A DNA stretch of 31,436 nucleotides, from positions 1 to 31,436 of IMG/VR virus record IMGVR_UViG_3300028840_001540. The stretch is one strand, 5' to 3'. The stretch's first letter is position 1; every line of letters begins with the position of its first letter. The notes beneath the pieces were generated by a model, which saw only the letters and a program-made list of their open reading frames with translations, made no database searches and was not told the origin of the DNA. Made by a program: the position numbers and the translations under genes. Below, in pieces: positions 19,066 through 26,458 of the stretch. The DNA is from a virus (lineage: Duplodnaviria > Caudoviricetes).

Positions 19066-19629
19066 ATGCGAATTGCGACAATCCAAATCAAAGGCATAAC
19101 ACCCTACAGCCAGTCAAAGGCGATCCAGAGCGAGAAGAAGAAGGACGAGAGCCACGACGACTTCGACAAGCGGGTGTGGCGTGAGCACCTCCACACGGAC
19201 GCCGACGGAAACGTCGTACTCCCGGCAGTGGCGATAGGTCTGGGCATCGCCAATACGGCGGCCTACCTGTCCAAGGGCGGGGAGCTGAAAAAGAAAGGCA
19301 ATGCCACGTGGTCGGAGAACTTCCGGTGTGGGCTGGCGGTGGCGAAAAGCCCGAGCATCGGAATCACGGCCGACGAGATCGAGGCGGAACGCGTCTACTG
19401 CAACGCGGACGGAAAGCGGGGCTCGGGTAAGCGGGTGTGGCGGACATTTCCGATGGCCTACGACTGGGAGGCCACCGTCATTGTGCACATCCTCGACGAC
19501 ACGATTCCCGTCGACGTGTTCGAACGCGTGATTGAGCAGTGGGGCATTGTCAACGGTATTGGTCGGTACCGTCCTCAGAACGGCGGGTATCTCGGCCGGT
19601 TCGTGGTCGAGAAGTGCGAGATCAAATAG
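19066..19629 (+). CDS. Stand-alone RAMP/Cas7-like RNA-binding protein (187 aa)
   Basis: IQIKGITP first strand, GNVVLP...I, RTFP...W, C-terminal Gly-rich loop GIGRYRPQNGGYLGRF; AAAGGT before ATG 19066; flanked by arrays. Confidence 0.72.
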   Translation: MRIATIQIKGITPYSQSKAIQSEKKKDESHDDFDKRVWREHLHTDADGNVVLPAVAIGLGIANTAAYLSKGGELKKKGNATWSENFRCGLAVAKSPSIGITADEIEAERVYCNADGKRGSGKRVWRTFPMAYDWEATVIVHILDDTIPVDVFERVIEQWGIVNGIGRYRPQNGGYLGRFVVEKCEIK

Positions 19630-19630
19630 G

Positions 19631-19845
19631 CGACGCGATTCGACTCGACCCGACGCGAAGCGACGCGACGCGAACCGAGCCGAATCGAATCGAAGCGAAA
19701 CGAATCGAATCGAGTCGAAACGAAACGAATCGAACCGAACCGAGCCGATGCGACCCGAGGCGATGCGACGCGAACCGAATCGACGCGACCCGAGGCGACA
19801 CGACACGAAACGACACGACACGAAACGAAACGAAACGAAACGAAA
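19631..19845 (+). repeat. CGA-NN pentamer array 3 (43 units); candidate guide ncRNA
   Basis: Starts 1 nt after the RAMP-like stop; 43 perfect CGA triplets; ends (cgaaa)x5 cgtct. Confidence 0.93.
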
Positions 19846-19895
19846 CGTCTTTCATGATTCCAAGGTAGTCTGATGCCCATACCAATTCCCCACCA
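19846..19895 (+). repeat. ~49-bp direct repeat, copy B
   Basis: CGTCTTTCATGATTCCAAGGTAGTCTGATGCCCATACCAATTCCCCACCA. Confidence 0.9.
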
Positions 19896-20385
19896 GCCAC
19901 ACCCTGACGTGGCTATTGTCAAAGCGGTCCTGAAGGACATTCCAGTCGGCGACGTGCTCCCTTACGCGGACGTCGCCAGGGCCCTGTCAATGTCTACCAG
20001 TGACCCCGCATTCGAAAGGCGGCACAGCCGCGCACGGAGGCAGCTTGAAGTCGAAGGCATCATGGTGACGTGCGTGCCTGGAGTCGGGTTCCTTCGCGAG
20101 ACAGCCGAGCAGACACGGCAACGAGTGTCCGGCCGGGAACTACGGACGATTCAGCGGAAGGCAAATAGAACGGTCCGGCAGTTGGAGACAATCGACATCC
20201 AGGCCGTGCCCGCTGAGCAGCGGCCCGAGGTGTACGCATTGATGACGCAGGCGAAGGTTGCAGGCGTCGCAGCAGGGAAACGAGCCAACAAGAAACTGGC
20301 CGCAGCCGCGTCTGACGCATCGTCGGAAATTGCGATGCAGAAGGCGCTGGAGGTGTTGCAGGAGCGAGAACAGAAGTCGGAGTGA
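19873..20385 (+). CDS. Putative winged-HTH DNA-binding protein associated with the arrays
   Basis: GDVLPYADVARAL...ARRQLE..G....VPGVGF, then helical C-terminus; lies between arrays 3 and 4. Confidence 0.65.
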   Translation: MPIPIPHQPHPDVAIVKAVLKDIPVGDVLPYADVARALSMSTSDPAFERRHSRARRQLEVEGIMVTCVPGVGFLRETAEQTRQRVSGRELRTIQRKANRTVRQLETIDIQAVPAEQRPEVYALMTQAKVAGVAAGKRANKKLAAAASDASSEIAMQKALEVLQEREQKSE

Positions 20386-20390
20386 AAAAT

Positions 20391-20580
20391 CGAGACGAAT
20401 CGACACGAGGCGAGGCGAGGCGAGACGAAGCGAGTCGAATCGATCCGATCCGAATCGAGGCGAGCCGAGTCGAATCGAGTTGAGGCGAAGCGACACGACT
20501 CGAGCCGACTCGAGCCGACGCGAACCGAGGCGAGTCGAATCGAGTTGAGGCGAAACGAGACGAAACGAGACGAAACGAGA
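20391..20580 (+). repeat. CGA-NN pentamer array 4 (38 units); candidate guide ncRNA
   Basis: cgaga cgaat cgaca cgagg ... two tgagg ... (cgaaa cgaga)x3, then cgttc. Confidence 0.93.
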
Positions 20581-20704
20581 CGTTCAAGTGCGGGGTGGAC
20601 CTGGAGGCCCGTGTTAGCCGCAGCAAGTGCCACGCTGGGAATCACTCGCCTCAGCGTGCGAAGGTGCAACACCTTCGGGCGGCTCTATCACAAGGAGGTG
20701 AGGC

Positions 20705-20788
20705 GTGAAGTTCCTGGCAATCCTCGTGCTGGTCGGGCTGGGTATTGCCCTGCACGAACGGCTGATTCGGTGGAGTGAAAGGCGATGA
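20705..20788 (+). CDS. 27-aa hydrophobic peptide (not in ORF track)
   Basis: AAGGAGGTGA RBS, GTG, MKFLAILVLVGLGIALHERLIRWSERR; ATGA overlap with the next gene. Confidence 0.65.
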   Translation: MKFLAILVLVGLGIALHERLIRWSERR

Positions 20789-21048
20789 CCGAAAAGAAGG
20801 GCGTGGTGCTGACGCTCAGGGAAACGGACAAATTCAAGCGAGCGCTTGTGCGTGCTTGCTTCGAGGAAGGGGCGAAGCGGCAGCAGGTGCTAAGCCTCAA
20901 CCAGTTCGTCACTGACCTCATCCTCCACCATCTCCCGGGCGAGTGCCCGGAGTGCGGGGAATATGCCCTTGGGCCGGACAACTCGATCCCACTTCGGAAA
21001 TTCCGAAGTCAGCGGTGCAACGCCTGTAACGAGAGGGCCCCCGAATGA
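20785..21048 (+). CDS. Small putative DNA-binding protein with CxxC...CxxC zinc ribbon
   Basis: SLNQFVTDLI helix, CPECG, CNAC; coupled on both sides; contains palindrome 2. Confidence 0.6.
   Translation: MTEKKGVVLTLRETDKFKRALVRACFEEGAKRQQVLSLNQFVTDLILHHLPGECPECGEYALGPDNSIPLRKFRSQRCNACNERAPE
20989..21011 (+). repeat. 23-bp near-palindrome copy 2
   Basis: CCACTTCGGAAATTCCGAAGTCA. Confidence 0.9.
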
Positions 21049-21815
21049 AACCGCTGATCGGAATCAACGCTGACTACAACGCGACTGGAGACCGGCCAGG
21101 GTTCAGTTTCGTCGCCGCGGGCTACTACGACGCCGTGACACGGGCTGGCGGAATTCCCGTGATCCTCCCGCCGCTGCTGAAAGACGTCGATCGCCGGAAA
21201 CTGCTCGATCGCCTCGACGGCGTCGTGCTCATCGGCGGCTACGACCTGGATCCGCGACGGGATGGGTACATGCTGCACGAGTCGGTTCGGCCGATGGATC
21301 CGCGGCGTGAGGACTTCGACCGGGCGATTGTGGAAGAGATTAGAGTCCGGCGAATGCCGGTCTTCGGCATCGGCGTCGGAATGCAACTCCTGAACGTCGC
21401 GTGTGGAGGAACGCTCTTCCTTCACCTGCCAGAGGACCGGCCGAACGCGATGCCGCACCTGGATGCAATGGCCCCGAGGACACACCGGCACGCCATTGAC
21501 ATCGAAGACGGCTCGCTCGTCCACCGTGCCTACCTGACAGAGCGGTATCGGGGGATCGGCCTTGTGACGAGTCGGCACCACCAAGCAGTCGACGACGTGG
21601 CTCCTGGGTTTCGCGTGACGGCTGCTGCCCCCGACGGAATCATCGAGGCGATCGAGAGCACAGACCCCGGCTGGCTTGCCATCGGTGTGCAGTGGCATCC
21701 CGAGGCTGCATCGGAAATGGATCAGTTGTTGTTCAGTGAGTTTGTGGAGGGGGTAAAGGATGCTTCCGCACATTTGCTCGATTCTGAGGGCCCAGCGAGA
21801 GTCACGCGAGTATGA
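21045..21815 (+). CDS. Peptidase C26 / PuuD-like class I glutamine amidotransferase lacking the catalytic Cys
   Basis: KPLIGI, AGGIPVILP, LDGVVLIGG.D, GIGVGMQLLNV, SRHHQAV, DGIIEAIE, GVQWHPE. Confidence 0.9.
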   Translation: MKPLIGINADYNATGDRPGFSFVAAGYYDAVTRAGGIPVILPPLLKDVDRRKLLDRLDGVVLIGGYDLDPRRDGYMLHESVRPMDPRREDFDRAIVEEIRVRRMPVFGIGVGMQLLNVACGGTLFLHLPEDRPNAMPHLDAMAPRTHRHAIDIEDGSLVHRAYLTERYRGIGLVTSRHHQAVDDVAPGFRVTAAAPDGIIEAIESTDPGWLAIGVQWHPEAASEMDQLLFSEFVEGVKDASAHLLDSEGPARVTRV

Positions 21816-21984
21816 GCAGAATGCCAGCGCATCCCGCGAACACCCAAGCGGCGAGGGAGTACCAGAGCCGAGTCGAGGCGCCGAGCCGCGGCGTGAGTGC
21901 CAAGGACCTGCAACGGATGCTAGCAACGCAACCCGAGTTCGAAGCGTTCCTGGACCAGATACAAAAACGGCGTGAGCAAGAGCC

Positions 21985-23217
21985 ATGAGCAAACCGAGAA
22001 TGGTGCGGCTGGATCAGATCGAGATTGATGGAGGCACGCAGCCGCGTGCTGACATCGATACCGACGTGGTCTCGGACTACCAAGCAGCGATCGAATCGGG
22101 AGCCGAAATGCCGGCTGCCGTCGTCTTCTGCGACAGTGCCGAGTACTGGCTGGCGGCGGGATTCCACCGATACTTCGCCTACAAACGGGCTGGCCGCGAT
22201 CAAATGCTATGCGAGGTGCGGGAGGGGACTCGAGAGGACGCCGTGTGGTATGCCGTGTCGACGAACCAGACGCATGGCTTGCGGCGTTCGAACGCGGACA
22301 AGGAGAAGGCTGTCCGGATGGCGTTGAAGCACCCGCGGGGAGCGGAGGCTACGGACACCGTAATCGCGGAACACGTGGGAGTCAGCGACAAAACGGTGGC
22401 CAAGTATCGGGCCGAGCTCGAGTCCACTTCGGAAATTCCGAAGTCAACCAAGCGGACGGGGCGGGATGGGCGAACCATCGACACCGCCAATATCGGCGCC
22501 CCTGCGGAGCCAGAGCTCGAGTCCACTTCGGAAATTCCGAAGTCAGAGGACGAGGGCCCCTTATGTGAGGGTGAGGGTGAGGGGGAGGACGAAGGCTACC
22601 CCGACAATCCGCCCGCGGATCCGTTTGGCGTGCCGTGGTCCGACTCCGCCTTGGTCGACATCCATGAAGCCGTGGCGATCAAGCAAGATGCCGCCGAGCT
22701 TGCCAGAATCGCCCGCGAATGGGCCAAGTTGGCGGATGTCACCTATCTCGTGACGAAGTTCGAGCTGGCTGCGTTGAAGCGTCACCTGAATACGGCAAAA
22801 CAACTGCTCGAATCCGCCACACCTTACGCCATGTGCGAGTGTAGTGGCGCCGGATGTGACCGGTGTCAACAGGCGGGGTGGCTTACGCAATCGCAGTATG
22901 AGGCGGCAGAGGAGCCGGCAGCGAATGCTGACGGCGTCCCCGACGAGCTGAACACACCGGAATTCCATAAGGCGTGGAAGGAGTGGAAGAAGCACCGAGC
23001 GGAGATCAAAAAGAAGATCACGCCCCGCACGCGAATGAAACAGCTGAAGCTGCTCGCAGGATTTGGAGTGGAACGCGCGATTCGCTCGATCGACCTGAGC
23101 ATTACCAGTGGGTGGACCGGGCTGTTTGACCCGGACGAGAAGGCCGCCGGAGCGAAGAAGCCAGGAAAGGGGCAAAGGCACGAAGATGACGCAAGCGTCC
23201 AAGACGGATATTTCTGA
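21985..23217 (+). CDS. ParB/Srx-like domain plus HTH fused to a phage replication-initiator-like C-terminus
   Basis: GGTQPRA, LAAGFHRYFA, N.THGLRRSNADK, IAEHVGVSDKTVAKYR; C-term AWKEWKKHR...SITSGWTGLF; upstream of a DnaC-like gene. Confidence 0.8.
   Translation: MSKPRMVRLDQIEIDGGTQPRADIDTDVVSDYQAAIESGAEMPAAVVFCDSAEYWLAAGFHRYFAYKRAGRDQMLCEVREGTREDAVWYAVSTNQTHGLRRSNADKEKAVRMALKHPRGAEATDTVIAEHVGVSDKTVAKYRAELESTSEIPKSTKRTGRDGRTIDTANIGAPAEPELESTSEIPKSEDEGPLCEGEGEGEDEGYPDNPPADPFGVPWSDSALVDIHEAVAIKQDAAELARIAREWAKLADVTYLVTKFELAALKRHLNTAKQLLESATPYAMCECSGAGCDRCQQAGWLTQSQYEAAEEPAANADGVPDELNTPEFHKAWKEWKKHRAEIKKKITPRTRMKQLKLLAGFGVERAIRSIDLSITSGWTGLFDPDEKAAGAKKPGKGQRHEDDASVQDGYF
22424..22545 (+). repeat. 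Near-palindrome copies 3 (22424-22446) and 4 (22523-22545) inside the ParB-like gene
   Basis: GAGCTCGAGTCCACTTCGGAAATTCCGAAGTCA twice, 99 bp apart, each encoding ELESTSEIPKS. Confidence 0.92.
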
Positions 23218-23947
23218 GCTGGAGGTTCCTTTCGCGGAATACGCGCAGGAGATCGTGGATCGATTGCCTGACCGTTCTGAAGAGGACGAGCAGCAACGAC
23301 GGATTCGCGCCGCAATCGACCGGCAGGACCGGTTGGTGGAGTTCCATCGTGCGGTTGGCGAACGGCTGGCTGAAGCGACCTTGGAGAACTATGTCTGCCG
23401 GGAGCCGGGGCAGGCACGAGTGGTGGAGGCCTTGCAGGAATATGCCAGCAACATCGTTGCGGAGGTTGCAGCAGGAGCCGGTATCGTGTTGTTCGGGCCA
23501 TCCGGATCAGGAAAGGATCACCTCCTGACAGCGTTGGGACGCGTTGCGATTGGAAAGTACGGACTCAAACTTCGGTGGAGCAACGGAATGGATCTCCTGG
23601 GGGAACTCCGCGATCGGATCGCGGAGAACGAGGCAGAGGAACAATGGGTCAAACGGATGGCACGACCCGACGTCCTCTATATCTCCGACCCAATCCCACC
23701 GAGGGGCGAGTTGACGACGTATCAAAGCTCTATGCTCGGACGCGTGCTTGATCGTCGTCATCGTGACCGGAGGCCGACGTGGGTCTCCATGAATGTTTCG
23801 CACAGCACGGAGGCCGACGCGATCATGGGGGCCCCGTTGGTCGACCGGTTGAAGGCCGGGGCAATTGCCGCGTTCTGCAACTGGCCAAGTTACAGGAAGT
23901 CGAGGCTGGTATGGGACGGAAAAGCGAACAAGAAAAGCAGAGGGTGA
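23186..23947 (+). CDS. DnaC/IstB-like AAA+ helicase loader
   Basis: ATLENY, GIVLFGPSGSGKDHL, VLYISD, LDRR...RPTWVSMN, VDRL, WPSYR. Confidence 0.85.
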   Translation: MTQASKTDISELEVPFAEYAQEIVDRLPDRSEEDEQQRRIRAAIDRQDRLVEFHRAVGERLAEATLENYVCREPGQARVVEALQEYASNIVAEVAAGAGIVLFGPSGSGKDHLLTALGRVAIGKYGLKLRWSNGMDLLGELRDRIAENEAEEQWVKRMARPDVLYISDPIPPRGELTTYQSSMLGRVLDRRHRDRRPTWVSMNVSHSTEADAIMGAPLVDRLKAGAIAAFCNWPSYRKSRLVWDGKANKKSRG

Positions 23948-23950
23948 CGA

Positions 23951-24751
23951 ATGAGCTACGAGACCAATCGGGACTATCACTCGGATCTGAGTCACGTCTC
24001 AAACACGATGCTTGGCGTGTACCGAAAGGATGGGCCAGCAGCGTACCGGAAGACGTTCATCACGCGTGAGATGCAAATGGAGAGGACTGCGGCGCTACTG
24101 TTCGGGTCACTCGTGGATGTGATTGTGCTGGAGCCCGATCGGTTCGACGAGGAATTCCTCGTGGTAGACGCCTCAAGTCGCAACACGAAAAAGTACCGCG
24201 ATGCGGTGAAGGCCGAGAAGGCAGGTGGCGGAACGCGGGAGGGCGTGCTACTGAAGGAGGTAGAAAGGGCCCACGCGGCGGCTGAGGCCGCGTGGGCGTT
24301 TCCTGACGCGGCGGCACTGCTGGAGCGAATGACGCAGCGGCAAGCGACGTATCGGTGGAAGGACAAGACCACAGGCGTGAAGCTGCGGGCGCGACTGGAC
24401 ATGCGAGAGCCCTTCAGCGGTTCACCGACAGATGCCGGGGACTTGAAGACCACGTCAAAGTTCCGCTTGTGGGAGCTGGTTGGGGCCCGTGATTACGACT
24501 ACGACATGCAGGCACACACCTACTCAACCGGAGCGGCTGAGGCGGGCGAACCGATCAAGGAGTTTTTCTTCCTTGTGGTGGAGTCATCAGAGCCGTTCAG
24601 GGTCCGTGTCTGCAAGGTGGGACCTGTGTGGAAGCAACGCGGACGTGAGAAGTTTGAAGATGCAATCCAATCATTGCATTGGTCGATGGAATACGATTCG
24701 TGGCTTGAGCCATGCCAGGAAAGAGTCACCGTACTGGGAGGAGTAGCATGA
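23951..24751 (+). CDS. RecE/exonuclease VIII-like PD-(D/E)XK nuclease (DUF3799-like)
   Basis: N.DYH, FGSL....LEP, RARLD, DLKTT, YDMQA..Y, FFFLVVE. Confidence 0.85.
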   Translation: MSYETNRDYHSDLSHVSNTMLGVYRKDGPAAYRKTFITREMQMERTAALLFGSLVDVIVLEPDRFDEEFLVVDASSRNTKKYRDAVKAEKAGGGTREGVLLKEVERAHAAAEAAWAFPDAAALLERMTQRQATYRWKDKTTGVKLRARLDMREPFSGSPTDAGDLKTTSKFRLWELVGARDYDYDMQAHTYSTGAAEAGEPIKEFFFLVVESSEPFRVRVCKVGPVWKQRGREKFEDAIQSLHWSMEYDSWLEPCQERVTVLGGVA

Positions 24752-25380
24752 TCACGACGTCCGAGCAGATCGACCAGATTGCCCCCGCCCTGTTTGCCGC
24801 ACGGCAGGAGATGCACAAGGTCGCCAAGTCGCAGGAGATGACGCAGGGCGGCCGGTACGCTTACGCGGACTTCTTGGACTACCTGACGGCTGTGATGCCG
24901 CCGATGGCCACGCATGGCCTCGTGGGCGTGTACTCGTTGCTGTCCGTCGAGGCATCGCCTTTCGACACAGACGCGAAGGAGTACCGGACTCAGGTTGTTG
25001 TTGCTTATCGAGTGATCCACGCCGAAAGCGGCCAGTGGTTCGAGGTGCGCGGCGGCGGGGAAGGATACGACACGCTCGACAAGGCAACGGGCAAGGCGCA
25101 AACGTACGCCAAGAAGTATGCGACTGGGCTCATGTGGGGCCTGCCGAGTGCGGACGATACGGACCATCGATCGAGCCCAACGGAAATGGCTCTGGCCGAC
25201 GAGCTGCTAAGGGAGATGCCCGCGATTGAATCGCCAGGGGATGCGGACCGAATGCTCAAGAGATTCGACGCATTTTCAGGGGAGGTATTGCTACGTCTTC
25301 GACAGGCGCTGACAGCCCGGACCATGGAGGTGGGGATTGTGTTTGACAAGACGACCAGAGCGCACGTAGTGCCAGACTGA
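24748..25380 (+). CDS. ERF-family single-strand annealing protein
   Basis: SE.I..IA.AL..A, YAYAD, IHAESGQW, DKATGKAQTYAKKY, DDTD. Confidence 0.85.
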   Translation: MITTSEQIDQIAPALFAARQEMHKVAKSQEMTQGGRYAYADFLDYLTAVMPPMATHGLVGVYSLLSVEASPFDTDAKEYRTQVVVAYRVIHAESGQWFEVRGGGEGYDTLDKATGKAQTYAKKYATGLMWGLPSADDTDHRSSPTEMALADELLREMPAIESPGDADRMLKRFDAFSGEVLLRLRQALTARTMEVGIVFDKTTRAHVVPD

Positions 25381-25439
25381 AAGGAGATCCCGTGCACATC
25401 AACGTGAAGAACGGCGAAGCGAATGTGAAGCTTTGATCC

Positions 25440-25672
25440 GCCTGAGGATACCCCGGCCGAGTGATCGACATTCAGGCCCCAATTGCCAAACGGTTCGACG
25501 GCTGTGCTACCGACTGCTGAGAGCGACAAAGGCACGGCAACCAAATCCGGAATCCCGAGGTGGATGCCTCGGGACGGCGGCGTACCAGATGTCGTTAGTA
25601 CCTCCCGGTCCGAGGGCTCCCTTGTGGAGTGATGCAGGGTTCTGCGGTGCGGGAGGGGGGATGTTGTTTTTT
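25440..25672 (+). ncRNA. Candidate structured RNA / terminator-containing intergenic element
   Basis: Four consecutive stems ending near a T-run; no family recognised. Confidence 0.3.
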
Positions 25673-25683
25673 GAGTGAGGATC

Positions 25684-26133
25684 ATGAAGGAATTCGTGTT
25701 CATAAAGCAAGACGGGCGGTTGCGTCTCACTGGTCGGGCCAAACAAGAATACCCGGCGTGGGTCGAGGCGCTTGGCGAAGGCGAGCACTTCCGGGCCAAG
25801 TTCACTTCGTTGTCGGCTTCAAAGAGCCAGGAACAGCTCGGCTACTACTACGCCGTTGTGATTCCTGACGTGATCGCTGGCATGAAGGAGCTCGGCTGCG
25901 AGGAAGTCGGCTACACCGTGATCGCGGGAACGCGAGTTCCGCTGGCAACGAACACCGACAACGTGGACCGCTACCTCAAGACGCTCTATGCGACGGCAAA
26001 CGGGATCGAGGACATGGTGAGCAAGGCACGAATGAGCAAAGCCGAAATGAGCCGGTTCCTGGAGTTCGTCCTTGGCTGGGCCCACCAAAACGCAATCGCA
26101 GTAAGGCCTGCAGAGAATGGCGCAGCATGTTGA
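25684..26133 (+). CDS. NinB/YbcN-like hypothetical protein
   Basis: KSQEQLGYYYAVVIP, MSKAEMSRFLE....WA. Confidence 0.55.
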   Translation: MKEFVFIKQDGRLRLTGRAKQEYPAWVEALGEGEHFRAKFTSLSASKSQEQLGYYYAVVIPDVIAGMKELGCEEVGYTVIAGTRVPLATNTDNVDRYLKTLYATANGIEDMVSKARMSKAEMSRFLEFVLGWAHQNAIAVRPAENGAAC

Positions 26134-26458
26134 GAACTACCGAGACGCGTGGGGGTTTGCGGAGCAAGACACCGTCCTCTGTGAGAGGTGTTGTCGAAGA
26201 GCCGGAGAGATTCACCACATTGTTTACCGCAGTCATGGAGGCGGTGACGAGTTCGAAAACACAATCTGCCTGTGCGTCGGCTGCCATATGTGGGCGCATG
26301 AGAGAGCAGATCGAGCGGAGATCCTGAGGAAACTGAAGCGATGGCCAACGACCTGGAAGATTGCCGGGGCAAACTGTTGGCAAACTCGTTCGCCTGATCG
26401 AAAGGCAATGGAATGCCACGGAAGAAATTCACAGACGCGATGGGCTGCTCGCCGATGA
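26117..26458 (+). CDS. HNH endonuclease-like protein
   Basis: CERC...EIHHI..RS.GG.D..EN...LC..CH..AH. Confidence 0.8.
   Translation: MAQHVENYRDAWGFAEQDTVLCERCCRRAGEIHHIVYRSHGGGDEFENTICLCVGCHMWAHERADRAEILRKLKRWPTTWKIAGANCWQTRSPDRKAMECHGRNSQTRWAARR

Noticed and set aside
20323-20337. TCGGAAATTGCGA partial match to the 23-bp palindrome
   Set aside because: Short, mismatched and lacks the outer arms; inside coding sequence
18780-20580. Canonical CRISPR array or simple microsatellite
   Set aside because: No 25-45 bp repeats with spacers and no cas1/2; NN is too diverse for slippage of a single unit
18309-20672. Many R/S/D/E-rich ORFs on both strands across the arrays (e.g. 18568-19086, 19532-19873, 20151-20672) and the 18976 start for the RAMP-like gene
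   Set aside because: By-products of stop-poor CGA-NN repeats; no RBS or protein-like composition
21860-21895. Possible fifth CGA-NN array (agagc cgagt cgagg cgc cgagc)
   Set aside because: Only 2-3 in-phase units and no terminal motif; compatible with chance
25485-25510. GGTTCGACGG resembling tRNA T-loop or tmRNA 5' motif
   Set aside because: No acceptor stem, cloverleaf or CCA end found
26361-26413. Possible frameshift extending the sigma N-terminus (LVRLIERQW frame)
   Set aside because: Plausible but unsupported without homologs; the 26413 start has an upstream AAAGG
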